Assembly (NCBI GenBank): GCA_034780895.1 | Contig: JAUZTB010000068.1 | Coordinates: 31,375,581-31,439,580, forward strand | DNA: 64,000 bases | DNA from: Rhynchobatus australiae | Lineage: Eukaryota | Direction: 5' to 3' | In this document: piece by piece, positions 35,621 to 49,539 of the stretch | Position numbering within the stretch: the stretch's first letter is position 1 | Layout of the letters: the number at the start of each line of letters is the position of its first letter | The notes under the pieces: model-generated | The model's input: only the letters and a program-made list of their open reading frames with translations | The model's database searches: none | What the model was told of the DNA's origin: nothing | Position numbers and translations under genes: made by a program

Positions 35621-38600
35621 ATTGGGATTTTTCTGTGTTCTAGCATATTATTTTAAATTAGCCCATCTGATATCTTTATCTTCCATGGTAATTGTTACAA
35701 TTCTTATGCTGTGGCTGCATCCTGCCTTGACACATGGTAATGTAGGTGTTCTCTTTGTATAATAAAATGGGAACTTTCGGTGTGACATTTTTATGCCTAC
35801 TATAGAAAATAAATTTTTTCTTCAGAAATCAAACTTCCCTGCTAATTTTTGTGATAAATTTTGTTCCTCAATACTTTCCAGAGACTTTTAAGCCTACAAG
35901 GTTATGGGCATCTTTTGTAAACTCCAACTTCCGTTTCTTTAAAAAAAATCAACTTTGTTATTCATAAAGAAAGTGCTTTTACATTTTTTTTCTGATCTCG
36001 CCTTAATCCACATAGATATAGTTTGATATGTAACATCAGTTGTGCAGTACCTCATTTCTGGCCTTTTTTCCCTTTTGTTAGTCAGATGGTGATTATTTGC
36101 AGGCCTAATGTATTTACAACAGGAACCTACTAAGCTTTTCCATTGGGAGTAATTGTTCCTGAACTAATAATCTAGAGTACATAAATTTAAATCCCATTAA
36201 GGCAGTTTTAGAATTTGAATTTCAATCTACCTTTCATCATTGTTTATCAAGAATTGATCTAACTTTGCCTTAAATATTCAAACACTTTGCTTTCACGCCC
36301 TTTCAGGAAGAGTTCAAAAGACCCACGGCCCTCTGAGGGGAATAAAGTTCACCTTGTCTCTCTGTGTGAAATGTGTAACTGTTTATTTTTAAACCCCATT
36401 GTTTAGATTCTCCCACAAGAGGAAGCATGCTCTCCACTTCATCAAGACCCCTCAGGATTTTATGTTGCAGTCATGTCTCCTTCCTCTCCTCCACACTCAG
36501 CTGGACCTCCACTGCAGCTGCTAAACCAGTCTGTAACCAACTGTCTAATTGAATAAGAAAATTTTGGTTAACTCACTTAGTCAAATCTTATGCAGCAGGA
36601 AATTCCATCTTGGCTTGCGCTGAATAAATTAAATTCAGCAACTTTGGTAGTGGGAAGTGGCCATGTCTTTCTTTGGGCAAAGGCACAGAAAAAAACTGCC
36701 TAGGTTCCTGCCTTTGGTCTCTGGCCACCAAATCTGGTCTCTTATAATATTTGCCCTTTTGGGGGCAAAACATTTCCCAGCATGAATGCTTGAAGGGTAT
36801 AGGATGGCTAGAATTAGTCAAGGGCAGGGCTTCCTCTCACCCAAGTGCCTGAGATGCAGATTGGGAATCCTGGACCTTATTGACATAACTTTCTTTTTGG
36901 TAGCATGAATTCCAAATACCAGCTTCCCATTTATCCCACAGATGGGGTGCTCTAACTCAGACTGGTGCTGCCTGGATCACTGGTAGTGGGAACCATCTGA
37001 GGCTAGGACTTGGAGATTTCAGTGGGGGATTTAATATTATGGAGATTTCTGCACTGCAGCAGAGGCTCCTATTGGATTGGTAGGAAGCTGATCAGATGAT
37101 AAGTAAACAGGTGCCCTTGTTTGCCAGTGATCCAATAAGGAAAGCCTGTAAGCATTGGCAGACATTGTTGTATTTGCCAACAAGACTTCTGGCTCATAAT
37201 ATTGCTCAGTTCATGAGGAATCCCAGCAACTATTTCTCACTTTGCACTGAAAGGTATGTGAGGGAATAGCTAGTTCCTGTCGCAATTAGCTGGCTTCAAA
37301 CTGGGTCACTGGCTAGTGAGCTGTATAGGAGCCCTTTTGTTTTAAACTGCAGCACAGTCTGGAGCCAGTAATTGAAAATGCCTCAATTTATTTCCATTAA
37401 AACTTGGAAAGAAACTTTGGCATGGATTCAACTGCAAGTTCCAAAAGTAGAAAGGGTTCTGTTTCCAATAATGATTCACCTAGTTACCCCAGTAATGTCC
37501 TCTTTTTTTTCTTGACACAGCAATTTTTGTCAGAAACACACTTCTGCTGTGGTTTTTTTTCGGGTGGGCCCATGAACTTGAAGCTTCCTGTCAGAGCCTT
37601 GTTGTTGAAATGGTTCAAAGTATTTCATACACTGAATTTGACTCAGTGACTGATGTAGACAAATAGTGTTCAGGCTGAGTTCTTTCGCTGGAAAATGTTT
37701 ATTGCTGTTTTACTTTCTTTGCTCACTCTCTGTCCCTGGCTTCTTAGCATATCTTGGATTTTCCCCAAAGTTCCACTTTTACTTATGGAAATTTTGAAGT
37801 GGTGAGAAAATCTGAAAGAACAATCTGTTCGATATATTTCGCAATAAAAAGAAACATTGGATCTCTGTACTTCTCATGAAGGAGATGAGATATTTTAAAA
37901 CTGGAAAATGTGAAATATCCTTGAATATGCTTACACTTCAAAGAAAGTGGGCTCAGCCCAGTTTGTGATTAGGTTGGCTATTCATAGTTGAACATTTTTA
38001 GTATCACACTGTTCAGTTAATGCTATTAAAGATATAAAGTATATAACTGGCTAAGTTTTCAGTATTAATGAATAATATATGATCTTTAAGCATTCTTTTT
38101 TTCCATTTTTGTTTCTTCCTGAGCTGCATCCTATGGGATAGTGTGGGCATGAGATGGGGAGCAGAAGATGGGCATAATTCTCTGTGGATCAACTTGCATG
38201 CCCATTCTTTGAGCTAGATGGTGTTCTGCTCCACTTTTTGTAACCAGACTGTCACTTGTAATGAACATGGACTTTCAATCAGAAGTTATGTTACTTAGTT
38301 ACTAAACCAGAGGTATGGAGTAAAAATCCAGTGAATAAGTTAAATCCTGTGGTTGCTTTGATGAAGGGTGAGTGAGCATGGAACTGTATCGTGTGGCATT
38401 GCCATTTTATAATCTGGGAAGATGGATCAATTCTGACAACTCCACTACCTGACTGATGGATGCTTCATCTGTGTTCGCCATTGATCAAACCTAGAATCTA
38501 TGGCTCAGTATAATGCTGTTTTGTTTTTTAAACCTAAAACTAGTGGTGACTGTAAAATGTGACTGGTTGTCTGGAGTGATGTCATTGGATCTACAGTTCC

Positions 38601-41600
38601 TCTCCTTCCTGTGTAAACTGATCTTGTTCCCTACCTCTCACCCCAAGAATTCACTGAACTATTTATGTAAAGTGAGAATTATGTGTGTGTTCTCCCTATT
38701 TTACATACATACCATCTATATATTAATATTTTATGTAACTGAGATTATGGATCTGGAGGCAGTGAACCTTAAATGAATTATATTGAGTAAATATTGCAAG
38801 TTATGCTGTGACAACTTTGGCTTTACACACATCCCATTGTTTGAGTTGGAGTTCGTCTGCCTGCCTCAAACATGTTATGCTGTTTATTGTGTGTTATTGC
38901 ATCTCTGAAATTTGACTGAACTTTTTCAAGTACATTCACACTTGCGGCTCCTTGCTTTCTTCCCTCCCCTAGCTACGCCATGCTTCAATAAAATAAAGTT
39001 TTTGGAAAGTCCATGCATGCAGATATTTTAATACAAGTAGCGGTGTAGGATTTATGTTTTTTCCGTTTGTCTCTTTAATCTTTATTTCTGGTTTTGTGTG
39101 CAAATTAAACCTACTTTGAAGATCTTTTACCTGCTGTCTGAGGAGGCAAATTTCAGTCAGTTACAAAAGTAAATGACTTTGTCCTGGTACTTGCATTGGG
39201 TCTCTTACCTCTAGATTTATCACCTAACTGACCCAAATGGATCAGCACTACATTTTTTTAACTGCAAGGAGCATGTGAATTGTTGGAGGAAGTGGGTCCA
39301 GTTATAGCTTCCTTCAATTATACACCGATGTGCTGTGCATTATTTTTGGTGTAATCTAATGCAGGTTCCCTGAAACCTCTTGTAAATTATTAATCAATTT
39401 CCCTTCAGTACCAGAGTCATATGTGGGAATATGAATTTAGCTTTGGGCCATTGCTCTAAATTTGGTGCATGTTACTATTGTGGTGGAGCATTGGTAAAAG
39501 GTGACTCATTTAATTACAGGCATCTGTGGATTCAGTTCCCTAGTGATGTGTACCTGTTCCAGCTTTTGGGTGGGGTTGGGGGGTATTTTGAAAAATGAGT
39601 GTGGTTTCTTGTCTCAGAAAATGTTATAATAAGATGGTCTTCTGGGCTTGGTGTAAAGTAATACCGACAACCCCTGTGTTACAGCTGTTCAGGATACAGA
39701 ATTGCCCTTCTGGAATTCGCAAATCACGACCCAAAAATCCAAGTTACAGAATTAAATTCACTCTTACAGAATTTATGTGATGAAAAAAATTAGATGTATA
39801 CAAAATGCCAAAGAAACAATAAATTTTGTCTAATTTGATTTTTTTTAAACTTGCATTTCTTGATGCATGTGCAGATAATGTGGCTTTTTTTAGTGCAGTA
39901 GATTCATTTTGCTATTTAGCAGGGTTTTCTTTTTCAAGAGCTTTCAATATTATTTACCCTCAAGATGTCAAGAGGAGCAGCAAGTTTAAGAGCAATTTGC
40001 AAACCTAAATGACTACTATTATTTGTTGAGTTGTTTCATGAAACTATCTTACTATATTTGATTTGTGCTTGTCTCCATTCAGCCTGAAGGATGAAAGGTG
40101 AAAAGCATGTGTGTCTCCAAGATCAGCAGCTGGCCCCTTGGATTTGCTTTGAAAACTGACAAGGCAATCTCTTAAGTGGCCCCTCTTGCATACCAGCAGC
40201 TGCAATACTTATTACTATTGAGAGAAAAGCATCCTGTAGAAGCGTATCTGCACTTATAACATGGATTTTGATGGGAAATAAGATTTTTGTTATGGAAAAT
40301 CAAGGTATGGATGGCTTTCCAGGAATACAACCCCTCCAAAATGAAGGGGTCGCCTGGTACTTATTTCCATTGTACTGTTGCTAAGATTTATTTGGTATGT
40401 GCTGGCCTCCTGCTTTAACCTGTTGGTGAATACGTTAGGTAAAGTTTGTCCTTTAACCACAAATAGCCAGCAGCATATTTTGTGTGTAGTACACAGCTAG
40501 TGTCAGTAGGGTCATTTAGAATATGGTAAATGATGTAGTGGAAGATGATTAAAAATGGACTGGTCTATTTTACTTGATTCTTCAGTTTGAAGCTCTGCAG
40601 CTATAATCATCAATCCTGCAGTGGTGGACAACTTGGAATACCCCCTGTGGGCACAACCAAGTATGAATGGATTGAGTTTTTGCAATAGTTTGAGATATGG
40701 CCATCATTGGCAATGTTTATATTTGTTGCCATCCCTAATTGTCCTCAAATTGGATGGTTTCCAAGGTCATTTCAGAGGCAGTTTGAGTTGACTGCATTGC
40801 TGTGGGCTTGGCGTCGCTTAAGAGGCCAGACCAGGTTTTAAAATAACAAATTTTCTTCCCTAAAGGAAATTTCAGTGTTGTTATTACTGCCAACAGGTTT
40901 TTACTCCATATTTAACTAATTTAAATTCCTTAGCTGCCTTGATGGGATTTGAAGTCTTGAATCTGGATCTAGCCCAATAACACATCCACCATGCAAGCAT
41001 TTCCAAAGAGGTCATTATGTCTGCATTTTTGTTTTGAAGATGTTTTTGACATTTTNNNNNNNNNNNNNAAATTTCAGGCTTGAATACTAATTTTATCCTT
41101 TTAATTTTTAATGCATTGTTTTTGAATCTGTATTTCATCAGGCCCGGTAATTGACATTTCCCCAAAGGATTTCTTTTGTGAATAGGGAACTTGGAAAGAT
41201 TTTAATAGTGTGTTGGAAATGGCCAACCTCTGAAGAGGGAAACTGGCTTAATGTAGGATCTTTGTGGAATTTGTGCAAATGCTTCTTCTTTATGATGTGT
41301 TATAGTAAAAACTCTGTTATCTAGCATGTACTAAATGTGACAAGCACCATTAAATCAAATACGCCAGTTAACCTGATGTTGATCCTGCCCCTCAAACACT
41401 GGCTAGTGAGGTGTCAGAAAACCAGACATCCAGTATAATAGTATTATTTTCCATCATTTGTGCTTTTCACTTTACGAATGCTTTTATGAATATATTGACT
41501 TTAAATAGGTTGTGCAAGAGTAGTCCGATTTAAGACTGCCTTTGCAGTATTTCTTCAGCAGAGAAGTCAAGTAAGAAAGATCAAAAAGACCTAAAGAGAT

Positions 41601-43789
41601 TGGTTTAAGTTTGCATTCTTGTTCTTGGAGTTAGGGAAATTTGCAAGCATACAAATATTTAATCTATTTCTTCTGGATTTGTGACAACTGAAAACCTGTG
41701 TTGTTGCCAGGAATCATACTTGTACAAGTTGACAACTGGAGATCTTTTCTAGTTCTTGGGCATTTTCTTTGATCAACTATCTCAAACAGAGCTAAAGTGT
41801 TTAATATTCAAATTAATGTGTTTGGAAATGGGTTGGATTTCAGTAATCAAGCGATGGAAAAGAATGTTCTATTCAAAATAAAGTTCTCATTTCCGCAAGT
41901 TACTCATTCCAACTTGGGTACTTCTCCCTGAGTGTTGACCAGACTATTCTGGGTGAATGCCAAACATGTCAATGGCTTCTTCTTACTAAAATTTGTGGTA
42001 TTTCTCAATGACTGCCCCATTGCTATGGTCTTAAAATGTGTTTGTTGTCACTAAATTCTGTGATAATCTCAAGTTCTTTATGATTTGATTTTTATTCCAT
42101 GCACAGCAATGGGGCCGTGCTTACTACTTAGCAACAGTGTTTTCGACCTCTAACCAGTATTATTACTTTGTCTGCTTCCTTTTTGTTGTTTCCCTCTGTG
42201 GTGTGGTCCATGCTTGGCTTTGATCTTTCCCCTATTTGTCTCGTGCATCAGCCGTAGCAGCTCCAGTTCCTGTCTCAAAGCTTCTTAATTCTTGTATTCA
42301 GCTTCCAACATTCCTGTTTCTTAGCTAAAGTTGCTTAGTTCTGCTTATTCAATAACTACAAAGGGGTGCCAAAAAATCTGCATGATTAAAGGTCGTAGAA
42401 AATGACCTGTAACATTGACTCGATTTTCCTCTTTCCACAGATACTAACACTAACACTTTCTGGCATTCTTTTACTTTAGATTTTGAGCAGATGCATCATT
42501 CTGTACCCAAAATGCTTCAGCAATATTTCCCCTCCCTTCTCTACTCTCATCTATTTACTTCCTCCAGACAGGTCATCTGCAATTAATGAGCTTGCATCAC
42601 TACCATTAAGTCACCCTGGCTCTTCTCTTACTTGCAGACATTTCCTTTGTTCTTCCCACTCGACACCCTTTACTGAAACTTGAAACACGTTTGATTACTA
42701 CCTTCACTAAATGTTATTCCCTTTCCTGTTTCCCTGCTCCCATCTGCTCCATCTGTGGTTCCCACAGTGGTCTTATTAAACATGACAGAAAACCATGGGA
42801 GTGGAAGTAAATCCTCAATCCTGAGGGAAATGCCTAAGAAGAAAAAGAAGACTGTTCTCAACATGAGGATTTCAGGATAATCTTGCTCCTGGTTTAGAAG
42901 TTCTCTTTGGTATTGTTTCCCTCTCTCAAAGAGAAAACACACAGCTCTTACTATCAGTTATTCAACTTTGAGTACTTCTGCCATCTTATGGTCAGCTTCC
43001 CTGAGTCCACAATGAGTGGCAGAAACTTCAGCTATCCCTTGCACTGTGAAATATTCAATATAAATTTTCCACTTTGCTGATCTTATTCATCTTCAGAAGC
43101 TGCCTCAAAACAATACATATTTACTAAAACTTCAAGATCCTTCACTGGAGTATTATTGGACAAAATTTGAATCAAGATGATGAGGTTAGCATAAGTGACC
43201 CAAATCCTGATGAGAGGCGAGCTTCAAGTAATGAAGTAGGAGATGCTTATTGAACTCTGGAGTGTATGGCTTAGGCAGCTAATGACAGGACTTCCACTGT
43301 GGTGATGGAAATTACAAATGTGTGAGGGGCTAGAATTAGGAGTGTCAGAAGTAGAGGAGAGCAGAGATACAAGGATTGCAACACTGGAGTAGGTTACAGA
43401 AGTTAGATGGAGAGAATAAAGAGGAATTTGAAAAAGGAGCATGAAAATTTCAAAATTGAAGAGTTGCTCATGAGCCATCTTAGATGCTCTATCTAAATGT
43501 TACTTAGTTGGGGAAGGATCCTTCTCAATGAATTAGTGATTGCCATGCTCTACCTGTTATTGTGATGTAACTCTGTTTTGTGCAAAATGGCTTAAGTTGT
43601 CTCGCAGTACTGAAATTACAAGTCCACCAAGCTATGTCTATTTATGTGAAGGTGAATATAATTAATGGAAGTTAATTAATGGAGGTGAATATTTGCTAGA
43701 CCTTCGCCATTTATTAAATCTTGCTGTGTTGATGGTGTGAACAATCATTAGTGCAGACAAACTAAAACTTACTACCCAAAATGTTATCA

Positions 43790-44920
43790 CTGGAGGTGGA
43801 TTGTGTTAGGGCAGAGATGTTATAATGGAAAGAATGGGAAAAATGGAAAAAGGGTGAAGGGTGTAATGTGAAGATCACATGCTGTTGAATCTGAGTTTGA
43901 AGATCCAGGAAAATGAGTGATCATTTTGGCAAGACTTGTAAGAATGTGAGGAAGGTGATGAGTCTTCTGAAAATGCTGGAATGCTGAAGGCCAGCCATGG
44001 CTCGTTGGAATATTTCAAGAAATTCAAACCTGAAAAATATTTGTCTTGCAGGGAGATGGCAAATACAGGTACTGTAGTGGCAGAAAATATTCTCTGAAAC
44101 ATTTAATGTAGATGAGATGGGGCTCTTTTTGAGGATGACTTCACTAATGTTCATCTCGAGAAGTGAGAAAGCTGCTCTAGGTTTCAAGGCAGTTAAAGGT
44201 CACTGTTCTTATCTGTGAAGGTAATGACTGAAGTTAAACCTCTCTTAGTCTAACATTTGTAGAATCTGAGGACTCTGGTGATACTCAATGGCATTCTGCA
44301 AGTGATGTGGCGATTTAACAAAAAAGCCTGGGTGGCATGGCAGCGCCTCCAGGAACACGTTGTTTCTCTCCATTGCACAACATTGTGTGAAGAATAAGCA
44401 ACACAAATAGATCTCTGCCCATCATTGACAGTGACAGTGTTCCTGGGCATCAAGATAACATCAAGGACGTTTCAGCTGACGTCTATGCAACATTTTTACT
44501 TATTACAATACCTAATTGTTAACAACTCATGGACCAGGATGCTATTGCTACATTTAGGGCTCGCAACCTACAGTGTTTAATGTGGCATGTCATTTCAGAG
44601 CCTAACAGCATTGATGAAAACAGCATTCCAGAAATTTGGAAGAAGTATAATATGATAGCCATGAATAATGTCAGTGCCTCTTAGAGAAACACAACCCATG
44701 CAACATTGAATGGTATGTGAAGGAAATTTTGAGCAGAGTGTATGCATGACTCCCTGGGTTTATGAATTGGAAAAATTTTAGAAAACGTGTTGTCAGGTTG
44801 GCAAATGATGCTGGGTATGATTAAGTGGACCAGGATGAAGTATTATTGGAATCTCATGCCAAAGCGTTCACAAAGGAAGATCTGTTAGAACTTGAGTGTG
44901 TGCATTTAAAATCAGGTGAT
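43790..44920 (+). mobile_element. pogo/Tigger DNA transposase remnant
   Basis: Peptides LKASHGSLEYFK, FNVDEMGLFLRM...SEKAALGFKAVK and QLMDQDAIATFR, across frameshifts and stops. Confidence 0.82.
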
Positions 44921-45382
44921 TTACAAGCTATACTAGTATTTTAGAATATTTATAAGAAAAATTCTCTTCAGAGGATAGTTGTACTTTTGGGCACTATACA
45001 TCCTGGGAGNNNNNNNNNNNNTAACGAAATGAAGTATTATAATTTAGGAGCTCAGGAATTCAGCACCTTCCCAGCTTCTTTTCAATCCTTTACATATGTG
45101 GTCCAGCATAGAGGTAATTATGGTGGTAAATAGTATACGATGAAAAATGCACTGTACTTTCATTTGTTTTGTTTAACAACTCAGGTTTCTGAAATAAGAA
45201 TCTAGTCAGAAATGCAAGGGGTAGCTGTACAGACGGTTCAAAGCTAGTAACTATTAATGTGAGTTCTTTCAGTGGATGAGTGCATTTTTTTTTGTTTACT
45301 GCTCCATTTTCTACTCTCCATCCCAATTACCTAATAAATATTGTGGTGTGTGCTCATCTGTTTCTTTTTTTCTTGCTTGCAG

Positions 45383-45498
45383 GACCCATAGAATCACCAT
45401 CACTAACTTCTGCCTAGGAAAGCATCTAGTTAGCGAGGATGATTTACTCAAAGATCAGCGAGGAAGCCCTGCCTACATCAGTCCTGATGTACTGAGTG
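45383..45498 (+). CDS. STK40: STK40 coding exon 6 (RTHRITITNFCLGKHLVSEDDLLKDQRGSPAYISPDVLS-G)
   Basis: Acceptor gcttgcag, donor GTG|gtgagt; 116 nt; NFC in place of DFG, as in STK40. Confidence 0.97.
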
Positions 45499-46639
45499 GT
45501 GAGTTCCCATTTCTTATTATTTAAGACTGTTGGCAAGGGGGTGGGTAAAATTGCTATTTANNNNNNNNNNNNNNNNNNNNNNNNNNNNNNNNNNNNNNNN
45601 NNNNNNNNNNNNNNNNNNNNNNNNNNNNNNNNNNNNNNNNNNNNNNNNNNNNNNNNNNNNAAGTCTGTGTTCTTGCTGAGTATGTTGATGTGAGACACAA
45701 AAGCTTCTTGTAGTTTCTCCGCTGTTCTTGTATTGTCCATTTCATTCAGCTCCTGTCAGTATCTTTACTATATTTAGTAATAAAGTTGTAACAAATTATT
45801 CAGCAGCCTTGGCAAAAATTATGAGGCAAATGCTCTTTTTAGCTGTAGATTAGAAATTTAGAGTGCAGTTTCGACTTTAATATATGCTTACCAAATAATT
45901 TTATTGATACGTTTCATGACACTCATCCAGGCAACTGGAGAATATTCCATCACATTCCTGTATTGTGCTTTGTAAATGGTGGAAAAGTCTTTCAGGATTC
46001 ACTGCAGAAAAAATGACCTCTGACCTGTTGTAGCCATTGTGTTTGTGTTGTATCTATTTAGGTTTCTGGAAAACATTGTCTTCCAGGATGATGACAAAAT
46101 AGTCATGTTGGGTTATGTAAAGAGACAAAATACGCATTCAGTGGTTATGTATACTAAATACAGAGGGATCATTATCTGATTTTTGTTTAAAACTCACTGA
46201 AGATTCTAGAAGTTAGTTGATATTGACAGTCATTAAATATGGAGTCATGGGCTTATGTTGTTCACGATGAAGATGGTGTGTGGGTGTTGAAAATAGATAA
46301 AAGAAAATGTCTTGGCCTTGCAGTGAATCTTGGAGAACTCTTGGAATCTGAGGTACAGCAAATTAAACAGAGGAAGGGAGTTGAGAGTAGCTATCCTTAA
46401 CATCCAACCATATTGGGCTCAAAGTGGTCCTGATAATTTCTCGGGTGGTTGAGATGAAAGGGAATACCTTCGATGCTGGAGATGCAACTTCAGCAGAAGA
46501 AGAAAGTGGTGATTTTCGAGTTTGCTTACTGCAGCTTGAGGAAATAATGGAAAAGATTATATGAAGGGTGTAAAGGCATTAGAGTGAGTCCTGAGGAGAT
46601 TTATGAAAATGGTTCCTGTGGTGATGGATGATAGTTAAA

Positions 46640-47240
46640 AGAGATTAGTGAGACTGGTACTGTTTCCTTTAGAGAAAAGGCTGAAGAGAGATTTGACAGA
46701 TGTTTATGCAGAGTGTATTGGGAATATGGAATGCAGTGTTTGCATGTCAGGTGGAGACAGATTCCATTGTGGCCTTTAGGAGGGGATTGGATGAATATAT
46801 GGTGAGGAAAAATATGGAAGGCAACAGAGAGGGGGCCAAGTGAATCAACTGGCAAGTCGCTTTGGTAGAGAGCTGCTTCAGACACAATGTGCTGAATAGT
46901 TGCCTCCTGTGCTGTAACTGNNNNNNNNNNNNNNNNNNNNNNNNNNNNNNNNNNNNNNNNNNNNNNNNNNNNNNNNNNNNNNNNNNNNNNNNNNNNNNNN
47001 NNNNNNNNNNNNNNNNNNNNTAAGTCTCCCCTCATCCTCCTCCTCTCCAATGAGTAAAGCCCTAGCTCTGTTAGTCTCTTCTCATAATCCATACTCTCTA
47101 ATCCAGACAGCATCCTGGTTAATCTCCTCTGCACACTTTCCAACGCTTCCATATCCTTCCTACAATGAGGTGACCAGAATTGGACACAGTACTCCAAGTG
47201 TGGTCCAACCAGAGTTTTGTAGAGCTGCATCATTACCTCA
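46640..47240. mobile_element. CR1 fragments in opposite orientations on either side of a gap
   Basis: Minus strand 47021-47240 encodes [20 protein letters not shown]...[13 protein letters not shown]; plus strand 46640-46920 is a CR1 3' UTR. Confidence 0.75.
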
Positions 47241-49539
47241 CGAGTGTGATTATTTGTTGATTCATTTAAGTTCAGATTGTGAACTCTACCATGCCAATTT
47301 ATGCAGTAAAGGGAACAGAAGTTGGCTATAGAACCAGCCAGTAACAATCTCCAACAATAAAGAAGCTCCCTTAACTTCAGTGGCACCAGTTCCCTACTTT
47401 CTATGCCTTTTATTTTGTGCTATTGTTTAGGATGGCTGAGCCAGCTATAGAAACCCCAAGTCAGAGGTTGAGTATCTGGATTTGTTTTTGAAATTTGAAT
47501 CTTCAATTAAAATGCCTGACGTGAAGAAGAAGCTTAAAAAAAAATCCACACAACTGCTTCTATCAACAGAACTGACTTGTGGAAATGTGTGTTTATACTC
47601 TTTTTGTTTTAGTTCCTGATCTCTGTTCTTGATTGTCAAAGCTGGAAACCGGCATGTGATGGAAAATTTGCAACATGAGCACCTTGCACATTACTCATTG
47701 GTTGTTTTTTCCCAACAGTGGTCAATTTTTGTTAATTTACATGTCAGAAACTGGTTGCAAAATAGACCTCGGCTTCTGAACTTAATGGAAAATTTCATTG
47801 ACTTTCAGCAGGTTCTATCCTTCAGAGAAAAGGTGTTAGTTGATCAGAAGAGTATTCTTAAACTGGAACAAAGTTTAGCTGGAATGTAACAAACTGAACA
47901 ATCAAGGTCACACACTCAGTGATATGCAAGCACGTGGAAATAATCATTCACCTCTATTAAACATTCTTTGCATCATTGTACTTTACATGAAACGCGTGCA
48001 GGAAATGTTCAGCAGGTTAGACAGCATCTACGGAGGGAAACTGTTAACAATTTGAGTTGATGATATTTTATCAGAACTCCTTAAGATCTGCACTGTTTTG
48101 CTTTAGGACTTTATGTCATAGGACTTAACCAAAACCAACTGATATTTGAACAGGGATTTACTGAGAGGGAAAAATAGCTGAAAAAAGCTCTTTGACAGTT
48201 ATAGGAATCTAGCTCATTTCTGAGCATCCTCCTTTGCCTTCGCCTTCCCTCTGTCCCCAACTCCTCGTGCATTTTGACAAAATATTGAATTAGCAGATGT
48301 TTATTATATGATTTAGAAAATATTTTTGACTTCATTTGTAGCTTACCCTTGGTGTAGAAATGCTTTTTAGGAAAAACCAAGTAAACTCCTGATTCAGTGT
48401 TAATCTGTTGTGTGTTTAATAGATACAGGCTAGGATGTTGTACTTGTGGGTTGGAGTGAAGGAAATTTTAGCTACTCCTAATTATTGAATGGTGTTTCTA
48501 AACAAATGGATATTGGGTGAGCAAGAGATCAACTTTTGCACCTTGGGTTAAAGTGAACAGTGTTTTTCTGGCTGTGTTGCAAAAAAAAAGTTCAGTTCAG
48601 CAAATTACCAGAGGGCCACAGCTACTCCAGGGACCATTATTAAGCAAGGAATTCACTACATCAGAATAGATGGGGATATAATTATATGGAGGTTGCTGTG
48701 CCGGAATAGGCCTTTTGGCTTAGCTGGTCTCCTTTTGTTATTTATGCTCCACTTGACCTTTTTCCTCCCTGATTTTATCCCCCATTGTGTTATTGGCTAA
48801 CTCCCCTGGGGAAAAATGTTATTTTCAACATCTGTTTACCTCCTACATGTGGGAAGTGGGTTAAACGTTGGGAAATAAGCATTCTGTAGCTTCCACTGGC
48901 GGTGTGTGAATGCTTGGATCCTTTCTCACTCTTCCCCTAGTGCAGTGCGAGGGCAGTGATTGTAATTGTTATCTTGACTGGCTCCTTTGAACTGAACTAA
49001 CTTTAATATCAGATGAGGGATGGCCTTCACCCTATTGTGAGGTGCTGCCCTTCCATTTGCTGAAGTTTAAAATTGTGAAATACGTATTCAAAGTACAAAA
49101 AATGTTTGATGTTCCTGTTTTGTTTCTCATTGTCAGTCCAGAATTGAGTTAGTGATTCACGTGCCACCTCATGGTGCTGAATGGGGCCCACACAATCTGC
49201 AAAACCCCCAGATTTTCTGGATTAATGTGCATCACAATGTATCATTAGTTGTAAATTGCAGTCACTCATTCCTACCCAGATTTTTGACTGGAAAGTAATA
49301 TTCCTGCCTCAGCTTAATAGAACCTTTAGCCTCATTTGAGCTGTTTCTCTTCAATTTTAAGCCACTATTGCTGCCATTCCAGTTTTTATGTGTAGATTGC
49401 TCCAGGAAGTTTGTCTAATTTGTCATGTGCTTTATATTTTCCCCTCCTTTTCTCCATCCTCTGTGTTGAAAGCTTGAACATACATCATAAATATTACAAG
49501 AAAATCACTTCTTATCATCCCAAGGCTGGATGTTATCTA

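Noticed and set aside
38980-39000. aataaaataaa poly(A)-signal-like motif in the intron
   Set aside because: Common in AT-rich DNA; no supported terminal exon upstream.
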